Source of the DNA: the human T2T-CHM13v2.0 reference genome, Homo sapiens
Length of the DNA: 64,000 bases
Direction: 5' to 3' (one strand)
NCBI RefSeq assembly: GCF_009914755.1
Contig: NC_060947.1
Shown: in pieces, positions 50,674-64,000 of the stretch
Position numbering within the stretch: position 1 is the stretch's first letter
Layout: each line of letters begins with the position of its first letter
The notes under the pieces: generated by a model
Told to the model about the DNA's origin: nothing
What the model saw: only the letters and a program-made list of their open reading frames with translations
Databases searched by the model: none
Program-made: the position numbers and the translations under genes

Positions 50674-51279
50674 AGGTGCAAGCACATGCATATATGTCTG
50701 TGTGATGGAGAGACTATTTAAAAACCAGAACAGCATAGACACTGACCAGTCAGAACAGATACTTGCCATGAAAAACTCATTTGGCAGTACCAGACAGATA
50801 ACAGCCCATGTATGTATGTATGTATATATGTGTATATACATACGGTAGATATATATATATATGTAACTTTGTATTTATTTGTGTCTATGCATGTTTATGT
50901 ATGTGAATTACTGCATACCTCTCTATGCATGTGCTTGTGCCTGAATGTGCAATACTGTTTGTTGGGAATCTGTGTGTGTATACGTGTGGGTCTTGGTGCT
51001 TACATTGGTGTATTCCATATCTACATGTACATATGTCTTCTTGAAGTGCCTTTGTATTGGGCTTTGTATGCTTTTATCTATGTCTGACTGTAATTGTATG
51101 TGGGATACATCTGTGTTGGAGGATAACATCACTGTCTCTAGGAAGATAGCAAGAAGAAATTATTCCACTAGTTCTAATTCCTTATCTGCAGTTACCTCCC
51201 AATGGATTTTTTTTTCTTCTATTGTTGTCCCCTACAGTCCGTTCTTAGAACAGTTAAAGTTATCCTGTTAACTCCACTC

Positions 51280-51760
51280 ATGTTACTCTCTTACTCAAAC
51301 CTCTCCAATGACTCTCATATCATTCAGAATAGAAATAATGTAAAAGCAAAGTTATTTCAATGTGTGTTTACTGAATATAAAAGGCACACTCCCTTCTTAG
51401 AGCTTTTACACTTGCTGTTCTCTCTGCCAGTAATACTTTTCTTCCAGCTTCCAGCTTACTTCATTTACATCTCTGCTCTTCATTTAGGTCTCCCTCTCCT
51501 CAGAGGGGCCTTTTCTGACTTTCCTAATATACCACTTCTCAGTCACTTTATCTCTTCGTCCAGCTCTACTTTTCTTCACAGAACAACATGATTATACTGA
51601 CATTATATATTTAATTGTTAATTCTTTGTCACCCCCTCTATAATGAAGGCATCAAAAAGACAAGGATTTTGTCTGCTTTGTTTACTGCTGCTTTCCCAGT
51701 ACCTAGAACATGTGTTTGGCATGTGATGAGTACTCAGTCAATATTTCTTGATTGATTTAA
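51280..51760 (+). mobile_element. L2 3' end
   Basis: GGATTTTGTCTGCTTTGTTTACTGCTG..CCCAGTACCTAGAAC..TACTCAGTCAATATTT. Confidence 0.7.
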
Positions 51761-52574
51761 ATAGAAAAGACACAGAAAGGACCTGATCTGAATAAATAAG
51801 TCTGTAAAATAAGGATAATAACACCTCCCATGCTGTTGTGCTTTTTTTAAAATTAAATGAAATGGAGTGCTTAAAAAAACACCACAGTGCCTGGTCCATA
51901 GTAGGAGTTTAATAATTTTTTAAGCAAAATCTCAAAGTCCTCAGAAGTCAAACCTTATTGACAGAAGGCAGTGTCTTCTGGAGGGCAGGGAGGGCTCTGG
52001 GAGCAGGTGGTGAGGGGGAGTTAAAGCTGCTCCCAATCTATACTTGTGAACATAGAGAGGTGGTCTGGGAACAATTTAGGGTTTCCTGAGTTTCAGCCAT
52101 GGCACCTCAGGATCAGTATGGCAAGGTAGAACTTGTTCGATTCTTTCCTTCATTCTCTCTTTGCAACCCCACCTCTACTAACCCACCTCCTCCAGCTTGG
52201 AACATAGCAGCAGTAAGACCCAATGGGAATAGCAAAGAGGAGCCGCATTTAATTGACTCCTTTTCAGCCTCTGCCTGATTTCCGTTGAGCTCCAGAAGGC
52301 TCTCAGGTGAAATGGCGCTCATCTTTCTTTCTCTGATTAATTTAAACAGAAGCCACTGGAAAGCTTTAACTACTGCTGGTCAAACCTCAGGCAGGGTCAG
52401 GGCAGGGATTTTCTCCTGGGCCTGTTGCCCCAGTTGTCTCAGCTCCTCAGTGCACATGACTCTTCAGTTCCACCACCCATTTTTTTGCCTTTCCCTTATT
52501 TGTGTTTTTTTTTAATTTTCTTAAAATTTTTAGCCAGTAAAATTTAGCAGTAGCAGGTTGTATACAATATACTT

Positions 52575-55500
52575 TTCATTTATTTAGATATAATTTTCAT
52601 ACCACATACTTAGCCCTTTTTAAGTGTAAAATTACATGTGGTTTAGTATATTCACACAGTTAGTGGTATTCACATTACCACTAAGTGTAGAAACTTCTTA
52701 TCACTACAAAAAGAAACCATGTACATATGAGTAATCACTTCCAATTCTCCATCCATCCAGCTTCTATCAACCACTAGTCTATTTTTCTGTCTCTATGGAT
52801 TTGCCTATTCTGAACATTTCATATAAGTGGAATTATACAATATGTGGTCTTTGCTGACTGGCTACTTTCACTTAGCATGATGTTTTCAAGGCTTTCCATG
52901 TTGTAGCATGTATTAATATTTCATTTCTTTTATTGCTTAATAATATTTCATTGCATGAATATTATTCCATTATATGGATATGCATTTTATCTATGCATTC
53001 ATTAGTTGATGGATTTGGGAGTTATTTATACTTTTTAACCTTTATGAACAATTGTGTCAATATATATTTTTATTCCTTTTAGATATATACCTATGAGTAG
53101 AATTGCTAGATCACATGGTAACGTTATGTTTAATATTTTGAGAAACAGCCAAACCACTTTCCAAAGTGGCTGAACCATTTTATATCCTTATCAGCAATGT
53201 ATTTAAGTTTTCATAAGAATTTGTTAATTTCATTCAGGTTATCTAATTTGTTGGCATACAGGTTATCCTAGTGTTCCCCCATAATATTTTTTATTTTTGT
53301 AAGGTTGATAGTAACGTTTCCTCTTTAATTCTCAACTTTAGTAATTTGAGTCTTTTCACTTTCTTTCTTGGTAATTCTAGTTAAGGCTTGTGGTTTGTCA
53401 ATTTTGCTGATCTTGTCAAAGAACCAGCATTTGGTTTTGTTGATTTTCTTATTAATTTTCTATTCTCTATATCATTTGTTTCTGGTTTAATCTACTTTTT
53501 CTTTCCTTCTCTTGCTTTTGGTTTAGTTTATTCTTTTTTCAGCTTCTAAGATGGAAGGTTAAATTGTTGGTCTGAACTGTTTGTTCTTCTTTTAAGTAGA
53601 CACAGCTATAAATTTCCTTCTAAGCACTGCTTCACTTCATCCCATAAGTTTTGGTGTGCTGTGTTTTCATCTTCACTTCAACTCTTCAACTCAAAGCATT
53701 TTTTTTTTACTGTCTTTTGTGATTTTTTCTTTGACTTACTGACTAGTCAGAGGTGTGTTGTTTAATTTCAACATATTTGAGATTCTCCTAAATTTCCTTC
53801 TCCTATTGATTTTTAACTAAAATTTATTGTGGCCAGAGAATATATTTTGTATGATTTCAATTCATTTAAATTATTGAGGCTTTTGTGGCTTAACATGTGG
53901 AACACATGTTCCATGGGCACTTGAGAAGAATGTGTATTTTGGTGATATTAGATAAACAGTACTATATATTTCTGCTAGGTCTAGATGGTTTATAGTGTTG
54001 TTCAAGTCTTCTATTTCCTTGTTGACCTTCTACCTAATTGTTCCATTATTGTAAGTGATATACTGCAGTCTTCAACTATTGTTCACTTTTCCTTTCAATT
54101 CTGTCCTCATGTACTTTTAGGCTGTTTTCATGTACATGTGTATTTGTCATTGTTATATCTTCTTGATGGATTGATCATTTTATTATCAAACAATGTCCAG
54201 TTTTTGTCTCTAAGGTCTATTTTGTTTGCTATTAGTACAGCATTCCTGCTCTCTTTTGGTAACTATCTGCATGGCATATCTCTTTTCTATCCTCTTACTT
54301 TCAACTTATTTGTGTCTTTGAATCTAAAGTGTGTTTTTTAGAGACAACATATAGTTGCATTATGTTTCTTATTCATTATCTACCAATCTCTGCCTTTTGT
54401 CATAGGTTTCAGTACATTTACATTCATATAAGTAATAATAAGGTAATTTTTATGTCTGCCATTTTGCTATTTTTTTATGTCTTCCATCTTTTGTTGTTCG
54501 TCTGTTCTTTCATTACTGTTTTATTGTGTTAAGTATATATTTTCTAGTGTACCATGTTAATACCCTGTTGTTTCTTTTACTCTATTTCTGAGTCATTTTC
54601 TTAGTATTTCCTGTGAAGATTACAATTAATATCTTGACTTAATGCAATCAAAATTGAATTAATACCAACCACATTTCAATTGAACATAAAAACGTTGCTC
54701 CAATATAGGTCAATTCTCTGCCTTCTCCTTTAAGCTATTATTGTCATATATATTACATTTTTTTAAATTATAGTTTTAATTTTTATCAATATAGTTTTAC
54801 AATAAGTGCTTTACACAGTTGTCTTCTATGTTATGTTGGACAAAAAAGAGTTACAAAGAAAAGTATATTTTCTTACTGTATTTTATATATACACCTAAGT
54901 AGTTACCTTTGTTGGTAATCTTTATAGCTTCTTGTGGATTTAAGTTATTGTCTAGTGTCTTTATATTTCAGCCTAAAGAATGTATTTATTTATTTACTTA
55001 TTTATTTATTTTGGTAGTGTGGGTCTGAGTGAAAAAATTGTCTCAGTTTTTGTTTATCTAGGAATGTTGTCATTTCACCTTTGTTTGAAAGATTTTTTTC
55101 TGGATATAGAATTCTTTATTGATAAATATTGCCTTTCAGCACTATGAATATGTCAATCCACTGTCTTCTAGTCTCAATGGTTTCTGATGAGAAGTCAACA
55201 GTTAATTTTATTGAGAATCCTTTTTATGTAATGAGTTGCTTTCCTCTTGCTGTTTTAAAGATGCTCTCTTTATCTTTATCTTTTGACACTTTTAATATGA
55301 TGTGTCTAAGTCTGAATCCCTTGGTATTTGTGCTACTTGAAGTTTGTTGATTTTAGATTTACAGATATTTTTCATCAAATTTGGAAAGTTTTTGGCTATC
55401 ATTCTTCAAATATTCTCTCTGTCTTTTTCTCCATTCTCTTCTTCTGGGACTCCTCTAATAAATATATTTGCATACTGTCCCATACGTGTTTAGTGCTTTG

Positions 55501-55822
55501 TTCATTTTCTTTCATTCTTTTCTCTTTCTGTTTCTCTGCCTGCATAATTTCAATTGATTTATTCTATTGGTTTCCTACAAATGTTGTAAAAAAATTACAA
55601 CAAACTTGATGGCTTAAATAACAGAAATTTATTTTCTCACTGTACTGGAGGTCACAAGTCTGAAATCATGGTGTTTGCAGAGCCATGTTTCTTCTAGATG
55701 CTCTATGGGAGAATCTATTTCTTGAATATTCTAGCTTCTGGTGGCTACTGACATTCTTTAGCTTGAGGCTGCCTCACTTTAATCTCTGCCTCCATCTTCA
55801 CATCACCTTCTCACGTGTGTGG

Positions 55823-55881
<59 letters not shown>

Positions 55882-57240
55882 GAATCTCTCTCATAATAAT
55901 CCTTGTGATGGCATTTAGGGCACATCAGAATAATCTTCTCATCTCAAAATCGTGTACTTAATTACATCAGAAAAGACTTATTTTCCAAATAATGTAATAT
56001 TTACAGCTTCCAGAGATTAGGACATGGGCATATTTTGGAAGCCATTGTCAGTCTTTAATGCCTATATTCAAGTTCACGGATTCTTTTTCTGCCAGATTGT
56101 CAGCTACTGAGCCCCTCTATGGAATTTTTTATTTCATTTATTGCACTTTTCAATTCCAGAATATCTATTTGATGCTTTAAAAAATTTCTGTCCCTTTCTT
56201 GATATTCTCTCTTTAATGATATATCGTTTTGGTAATTTTCTTTCATTGTTTAGATGAGGTTTTCTGTAATACTATGAACATATTTGTAGCAGGTGATTTA
56301 AAGTCTTCATTTACTGCATCCAGTATCTGGGCTTTCTCAAGGGCAGTTTCTAATGATTTCTTTTTCCCTGTGTATGGCTTATACTTTTTCTGTTTCTTTG
56401 ACTATTTCATATTTTTTGTTAAAAACTGGACATTTTACATTAAATAATGTGGCAACTCTGGAAATCAGAATTTCCCTGCCGCTGCTGCTATATTGTTTTG
56501 TTTTTGTTGATGATGATGATAATAATGTTGCTGTTGTTGCTCTTTGCTTCATGAATTTTACTAATTATGTAAAGTCTTCATTCCCTGTCAAGTGCAGCCA
56601 CTGCAATCTTTCTCATTTAGCTTAATGGTTAGCTTAAACCAATAAGCCTGTCAGCCTTTGCTGAAGAGTTCTGTGTAAGCTTTGGGGCATACCTTCAATA
56701 TTCTGGCAGGCAGTTGACAATTCAGCCTTAGCTTTCATTTCTTTCTTGTGCAGACCCTCGTGGCCAACCAGAGGTGATACATTAGGGCCTTCTCAGGTCT
56801 TTCCTTTGCAGACACACAGCCCTGAATATGTTTATAGTCTTCTAGATTCAGAAGACTGTGTTGGAGTTTTTTAAAGCCTGCCATGACTAATTCATTCTGT
56901 AGATTTTCTTAAGTATTTAAACTAGCCTCTCATCTGACCCAAATAGTATTACTGCTTCAGGCAGCTGCAATATTAAACAATTGCCACTGATTGATTTCAG
57001 TGAAAACCTTGGGAATAGAGCTTTTCCTCCTGAGACTGAGCTCTAAATAAGGTCAAATAATGACAAGCCCTATGAATGGGGTTTTGCTAGAGAACTTCCT
57101 GACAGGTAAACTGGTGACAATTTTTTGGAGACAGGATTTTTGTTTTTAGGAAGTCCAAACCCAGTTGGCTAGACCACTTATTTTCCCAGCTATCATGGTT
57201 GCCAAGCTGCTGGTTTTCAAGGCTACCATGGGGAGCATGA
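52575..57240 (-). mobile_element. Ancient L1M fragments (3' end ~52575-53200; ORF2/ORF1/5' pieces ~53210-57240)
   Basis: TCTGTCTCTATGGATTTGCCTATTCTGAACATTTCATATAA 3'UTR motif and antisense ORF1 motif TTTCTGATGAGAAGTCA. Confidence 0.75.
55558..56060 (-). mobile_element. MaLR LTR (MLT1-type) with an internal (TG)n at 55846-55878
   Basis: CAAACTTGATGGCTTAAATAACAGAAATTTATT...AAGTCTGAAATCA...GATTAGGACATGGGCATATTTTGG. Confidence 0.8.
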
Positions 57241-57614
57241 TGTGGCTTGTATACCCTGGCAAGGGGATAGAGCTGTTCAAAGAAGGGTTTTTTTAAAGGC
57301 TTATTTATTAAAGGACCTCAATCCATGAAAGGGTGAACAAAACATCACCAAGGATTATGGAATAGCAAGGCTATAATTGAGTTCTCTTTCTCCAATATGA
57401 TCAGCTAACTGTACTAGTCCATCAAGAACAAATTGCAATAAATAAACTGCCAGAGCTGCACATGGCATCTATATATACAAGAGGGCTCATGCAACAACCC
57501 TCTTTTGTTCAAGAAAGGCCCACAGAAATGGAACTTTCCATTGAAAATACAACCTAATTCTCTCTTTCACCAAGTCCACTCAACACTGTATAAAAACCAT
57601 GAAATCATGTTTGC

Positions 57615-57616
<2 letters not shown>

Positions 57617-57668
<52 letters not shown>

Positions 57669-57671
57669 TGT
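57617..57671. repeat. (TG)n microsatellite
   Basis: Direct observation. Confidence 0.95.
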
Positions 57672-58864
57672 CAGTGAAATTTTGGGATTAAATAATCTTT
57701 GGGTAAATATGTAATTTTGTTTCCTTAAGAAATTCAGCTTATACTTTTTTGTTGCCATTTGACAAAATAAAAGATAATATTCAATTGTTGTATGGCACAA
57801 GTGGGTGGTGTAAGTGGTAGCCAAGGGCAGCAAGAGCTGTCTTCAGATATGGAAGGCTGCCACAGAGAATAAATTGCTGATGACTTCTAAATAGATTCAG
57901 GGACACCATAAGGAAGACATAACAAACTCAAAGCAAGCTACCAGAGGAAGATTTCAGTTTAGCTTAAAAACGTAGCTTTCTCCCACACTGAACTACCCAT
58001 TGTTGTAATGTGGTATGGAAGAAAGTGAGGGCCCCTTCTCAGAGCTTCTGCATGGGGGTTGTATGTGGGTTTTGAAAGCAAGAAAGAAGAATTTTCTTCT
58101 GAGTCTAAGGTTATGGGTTCCTATGTGCACTGAGCACTTAAAAATACCCAGGAGTATATTTTCCTCTCACATTTAAGTTTTCAATTTGCTTCCTAGAATC
58201 TTTTGGAGGGAAGTGGCAGTGAATGTGGAGTAGAGATATAAATAAAAGTTACTCCTTAGAGACTGTTTTCTACTTATGACATGATTTCTTTGGAATCCTT
58301 TTGACTGAGTACCCAGTCTAATTGAGGCCTGTCTCTATGACACTGAAAACAGCAACAACCAAAACAACAAAGCTTCATTTTTATTTCCCTCAACTTCTTC
58401 ACATTCTTGAGATTTTGAATGCATCAACCCCATCTTATTCCAGATATCACAAGATCTTTTTAGACTCTGTCAAAATGAACCCACCCTTTTCAATCCTTTT
58501 CAGCCTGGCTTTCCAAGCCATCTGAAATCAGGCCCAGCCCACCTATCCAATTATATTTCTTTTTTTATCTGTCAACATATTTTAATTTACTCACTATCAA
58601 AATATGCATGACACAATAGCACAGTAAACTATATGTTTATTATATTATGTAAATTTATAAATCACTTATTATAAGTTGTTTGCTAATGATAATTGTCAGC
58701 TGTGTGCAATGGCTTGTGCCTATAATCCTAGCTACTAAGGAAGCTAAGATAAAATACAGACCTTTCATTAGCCTTAGGCCATTCTCTTCACTCTCCTTGA
58801 CACAACATTTATAGCATGAAAAAAAACAAAGCATTAAGCAAATTAAATTAAGTTCAATGTGTGT

Positions 58865-59040
58865 GTATAGTAGTGTAGAAAAGGAGAAAGAGTACAGAGC
58901 CTGGAATCTGACTGCCTGGGCTCAAATCCCAGTACTGTCATTCACTAGTGGTGTGACGTTATGCAATTACTTAATCTCTGAGGTTTAGTCTTTTGTCAGT
59001 AAAGTAGAGATAGTAATGCCTAACTAGAACGGTTTTTGTA
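58865..59040 (+). mobile_element. MIR
   Basis: CTGGAATCTGACTGCCTGGGCTCAAATCCCAG...TTACTTAATCTCTGAG. Confidence 0.7.
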
Positions 59041-59505
59041 ACAGAAATCTCATCTGTCTTCGCTCTAGAAGTCAGATAGAACTGAAATGCCAATAGGATG
59101 GTCCCTTCAATTCCACAGGAGCAGAAGCCTGTTTGCACGTGAAACCAAGGTGACTTCTGGAAGAACAGTTACCCTAAAGGATGGGAAAATCAAGAATAAT
59201 GACTCAGTATTTGGAGGAAGGATTCTAATTACAGTATAGGGTCTGCCGCTCATATTTGCCTTGTCCCTGAGGTCTCATTTCTAACACCTAGAAAGAAGAG
59301 GCTTAGAGATTTCATCAGCTTGTTTGCCTGTGTTGAGTGAAACTAGTAAACGAAGGTCTACTTTTCCCTTTAAAGTGCAAGTAATCGAAACAGCAAACAA
59401 AACAAGAGACAGAGAAAAGTGGGGTTAAATGACTAATGCCATGTGGTAACTAGAAAGAACATATTACAAAAATATCTGTGTGAACCTACTGAGAGCTCCA
59501 AGATC

Positions 59506-59607
59506 TTTTTTTTTTTTTTTTTTTTTTTTTGAGACAGAGTCTCACTCTGTCACCCAGGCTGGAGTGCAATGGCACGATCTCAGCTCACTGCAATCTCTGC
59601 CTCCCAG
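59506..59607 (-). mobile_element. 5'-truncated Alu (right-arm 3' end)
   Basis: T25 tail plus GAGACAGAGTCTCACTCTGTCACCCAGGCTGG. TSD GAGA(G/A)CTCCAAGATC at 59491-59505 and 59608-59622. Confidence 0.92.
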
Positions 59608-59984
59608 GAGAACTCCAAGATCGTTTTAAGAGGCATTTTAAGGGGCTAGATTTTCCACTTAAGGCATCTGAATACAGCTAGAAAAAAGAGTTTTGTTTTT
59701 AATTGTAGTCCAGTTTTCTCCCAAGCTGGTGTGACCAGGGAGAAACATGGAAGATATGAAGATTTAGTGAGACAGCACTTAACAAAGTTTCTACCTAGAA
59801 CCTATCCCTTGAAAAATGTTCTTTCTTTTCCAAGTATGAGCAATTAGGGGTAGGCTTTGCTTCAATGAGAGCTTGTCTGCTTAAGGAGTACATGAAGATG
59901 TATCTTGCTCTTCAAGTCAGCCCAAGGCATGCTGCCCCCAATTATTTTCAATGAAAAGAAACTGGCTTATAAAATTCATTCATG

Positions 59985-62900
59985 GCTTTGGGTGAGGCCC
60001 AGTGTCATGTGGGCTACAGGGCTGACCCAATGCAGTCCAAGTGGTGCTGGCCACATGTCTGCATGCATCACCACACCCCCAGTTCCAGGTGGCTTAGCAC
60101 AGAGATAAAGAGATCCCATTTGTTTGGAAGACAGTAAGGGAAAAAAAGAGTCTCTGCCTGGTAATACAGAGAATTCTGCTGGATCTTATCCAAGACCAAC
60201 ACAAAGTTACCTCTACAAGTCTGCAAAAACCATAGCATTATTGGGGTTTGGACCCAAGACACTTTATATACCTGGAAAGCTTTCCCAAGAAGAATGGGTA
60301 CAAACAAGCTCAGACTGTGAGGACTACAATAAACACCTAACTCTTCAATGCCCAGACACCAGTGAAAATCCACAAGTATCAAGACCGTACAGGAATACAT
60401 GACCTCATGAAGCAAACTAAACAAGACACAAGGGACCAATACTGTGAAGTTTCACATAGATAACTCAAACTAGCTGTTTTGAGGAAACTCAAAGAAATTC
60501 AATGTAACACAGAGAAGGAATTCAGAATTCTATCAGATAAATTTAACAAAGACATTGAAATAACTAAAGAGAATCAAGCAGAAATTCTGGAGTTAAAAAA
60601 TGCAGCTGACATTCTGAAGAATGCACCAGAGTCTCTTTCTTAATAGCAGAATTGATCAACCAGAAGAAAAAGCTAGTGAGCTCGAAGACATGCTATTTGA
60701 AAATACACAGTCAGAAGAGACAAAAGAATAAAAAAGAATGAAGCATGCCAACAAAATCTAAAAAGTAGGATCAAAATGGAAAATCTAAGAGTTATTGACC
60801 TTAAAGAGGAGGTAGAGAAAGAGACAGGGGTAGAAAGTTTATTCAAAGGGACAATATCAGAAAACATCCCAAATGTAGAGAAAAATTCAACATTCAAACA
60901 CAAGAAGGTTATAGACTGCTGAGCAGACTTAAGCCAAAGAAAACTACCTCAATGCATTTAGTAATCAAACTCACAAAGGTCAAGGATAAAGAGAGGATTC
61001 TAAAATCAGCAAGATAAAAGAAAAAAATAACATACAACGGAGCTCCAATACATCTGGCAACAGACTTTTCAGTAGAAAACTTACAGAGCAAGAGAGAGTG
61101 GCATGACATATTTGAAATGCAGAAGAAAAAAATCTTTTATCCTATAATAGTATATCTAAAAACATCCTTCAAGCATGAAGAAGAAATAAATAACTTCTCA
61201 GACAAATAAAATTGAGAGATTTCATCAACACCAACCTGTCCTCCAAGAAATGCTGAAGGGGGTTCTTTGATCTGAAAGATAGAGACGTTAATGAGCAAGA
61301 AGAAATCATCAAAAGGTACACAACTCACTGGTAATAGTAAGCACACAGAAAAACATAGAATATTATAACACTGTAAATGTGCTGTGTAAACTACTCTTTT
61401 CTTAACTAGAAAGAATAAATGATGAACCAATCAAAAATAAAAACTATAAAAAATTTTCATGACATAGTACAATAAGACATAATGAGAAACAATCAAAAGT
61501 TTAAAAAATGGAGGAATGAAGTTAAAGCATAGAGATTTTATTAGTTTTATTTTTGTGTGTTTTCTTGTTTATGCAATCTGTGTTAGGTTGTCAGCAGTTT
61601 GAAATAATAGATTATAAGATAGCATTTAAAAGTCTCATGATAACCTCAAATTGAAAAGCATACCATTGATATACAAAAAATTAAAAGAAAGAAACTAAAG
61701 CATACCACCAGAGAAAACCATCTTCGCTAAAAGGAAGACAGGAAGGCAGGAAAGAAGGAAAAGAAAACCACAAAAGAAGCAGAAAACAAATATCCAATGG
61801 AGTGAAATATCTCTACAATGAAAATTATAAAACATTGATGCATGTAAATGAACAGGGCATAAGCAATGGAAAAATATCCCATGTTCATGGATAGGGATAA
61901 TCAATATTGTGACAAGGAGTATTCTACCCAAAGCAATCTACAGATTCAGTGCAATCTCTGTCAAGATACCAATAACATTCCTCACAGAAATAGAAAAAAC
62001 AATCCTAAAATTTATATGGGACCATAAAAGACCCAGCATAGCCAAAGCTATACTGAGCAAGATGAACAAAACAGGAGGAATCACATTACTTGACTTCAAA
62101 TTATACTACAGAGATATAGTAATCAAAACAACGTGGTACTCACATAAAAACAGACATATAGACCATTGAAACAGAATAGAGAACCCAGAAGCAAATCCAA
62201 ACATCTACAGAGAGCTCATTTTTCACAAAGGTGCCAAGAACATAAATTGGGGAAAAGAGAGTCTCTTCAATAAATGATGCTTGGAAAACTGGATATTCAT
62301 GTGCAGCAGGATGAAACTAGACCTCTATGTCTTACTACGTACAAAAATAAAACCCAAATAGATGCAAGACTTAAATCTAAGACCTAAAACTATGAAACCA
62401 CTACAAGGAAACATTGGGGAAATTCTCCAAGACATTGGTCTGGGCAAAACTTTCTTGTGTCGTATTCCACAAGCACAGGAAACCAAAGCAAAAATGGACA
62501 AATAGAATCACATGAAGTTAAAAAGCTTCTGCAAGCCATAAAAAATGATGAGTTCATGTCCTTTGTAGGGACGTGGATGAAACTGGAAATCATCATTCTC
62601 AGCAAACTATCGCAAGGACAAAAAACCAAACACCACATGTTCTCACTCATAGGTGGGAATTGAACACATAGGTTCTCATTAGAACACATGGACACAGGAA
62701 GGGGAACATCACACTCCAGGGACTGTTGTGGGGTGGGGGGAGGGGGAAGGGATAGCATTAGGAGATATACCTAATGCTAAATGACGAGTTAATGGGTGCA
62801 GCACACCAACATGGCACATGTATACATATGTAACAAACCTGCACATTGTGCACATGTACCCTAAAACTTAAAGTATAATAATAAAAAAAAGCTTCTGCAC

Positions 62901-63970
62901 AACAAGGGAAACAATAAACAACACTAAGAGACAACCCGCAGAATGTGAGAAAATATTTGCAAACTACCCATCTGACAAGGGATTAATAACCAGAATATAT
63001 AAGGAGCTCAAACAACTCTATAGGAAAATATCTAATAATCTGATCATAAAATGGGCAAAAAGATAGAATAGACATTTCTCAAAAGAAGATATACAATGGC
63101 AAACAGGCACATGAAAGGGTGCTCAACATCACTGATCATCAGAGAAATGCAAATCAGAACTACAATGACAGATCATCTCAGACCAGTTAAAATGGCTTAT
63201 ATCCAATAGAAAGGCAATAACACATGCTGGAGAGGTTGTGGAGAAAAGGGAACCCTTGCACACTGTTGGTAGGAAAGTAAATTACTACAGCCACTATGGA
63301 GAGCAGTTTGGAGGTTTCTCAAAAAACTAAAAATTAAACTACCATAAGATCCAGCAATCCTACTGCCATATGTATACTCAAAAGAAAGAAAATCACTATA
63401 TCAAAGAGATAGCTGCACTCCCATGTTTGTAGCAGCACTATTCACAATAGTGCAGATATGGAATCAACCTCTGTGTCCAGCAACAGATAAATGTATAAAG
63501 AAAATGCAGTACCTACACACAATGGAATATTATTCAACCCTAAAAAGAATGAAATTCTGCCATTTGTAACAACATGGATGGAACTGGAGGACATTATGTT
63601 AAGTGAAATAAACTAGGCACAGAAAGACAAACATCACATATTCTCACTTATTTGTGGGATCTAAATATCAAAACAATAGAACTCATGGAGATAGAGAGTA
63701 GAGGGATGGTGACCAGAGTTTGGAAAGGATAATTGAGTGTGGGGGCAGGTGGGGACGCTACACTAAAAATATAAAGAATGAATAAGACCAAGTATTTGCT
63801 AGCACAACAGGGTGACTATAGTCTATAATAATTTAATTCTACATTTGAAAATAATCAAAACAGTATAATTGGATTATTTGTAACACAAAGGATAAATGCT
63901 TGAGGAAATAGATACCCAATTTTCCTTGATGTGACTCTTACTCATTGCAATGCCTGTACTAAAACATCTC
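59985..63970 (+). mobile_element. L1MA-type LINE-1: 5'UTR part, ORF1, large ORF2 deletion near 61790, ORF2 3' part and 3'UTR
   Basis: ORF1-like sequence at 60400-61270. ORF 61909-62169 is [19 protein letters not shown]1MA 3'UTR AGCACAACAGGGTGACTATAGTC. Confidence 0.85.
62534..62885 (+). mobile_element. 5'-truncated young L1PA (about L1PA2-4)
   Basis: Near-consensus L1PA 3'UTR. Perfect TSD AAAAAGCTTCTGCA at 62520-62533 and 62886-62899. Confidence 0.95.
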
Positions 63971-63971
63971 A

Positions 63972-64000
63972 GGGTGTGGGGAGCAGTTCCAAGATAGCCG
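63972..64000 (+). mobile_element. Start of another L1PA 5'UTR (runs off the window)
   Basis: GGGG..GTTCCAAGATAGCCG resembles the L1PA 5' terminus GGTTCCAAGATGGCCG. Confidence 0.65.

Overview
Primate (human-like) genomic DNA: AT-rich, gene-poor and dominated by LINE-1, with Alu, MIR, L2, MaLR/ERVL LTRs and DNA-transposon relics. I see no intact cellular protein-coding gene. Almost all listed ORFs are fragments of L1 ORF1/ORF2, ERV genes or microsatellites. The centrepiece is a full-length but decayed gamma-like provirus of the HERV-H/F supergroup (27780-36372, + strand). It has paired ~400-bp LTRs, a CTTAC target-site duplication (TSD), a tRNA-Phe primer-binding site and gag-pro-pol-env. It sits in a full-length antisense L1PB-type element (23567-40103). 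That L1 also carries, 255 bp downstream of the provirus, a ~1.08-kb polyadenylated retrocopy of a non-coding 3'UTR (36628-37702), which contains a ~95-bp inverted repeat and a tandem array. These elements are nested in older L1MA copies that split a MaLR LTR by ~24.8 kb. The most notable observations are: a hydrophobic small-ORF region between pol and env; the LTR-promoter/hairpin-retrocopy arrangement; a 63-bp termini-only LTR with a 6-bp TSD; and the five-level nesting. Repeat subfamily names come from recalled consensus sequences and need RepeatMasker/Dfam confirmation. Boundaries of old repeats are approximate.
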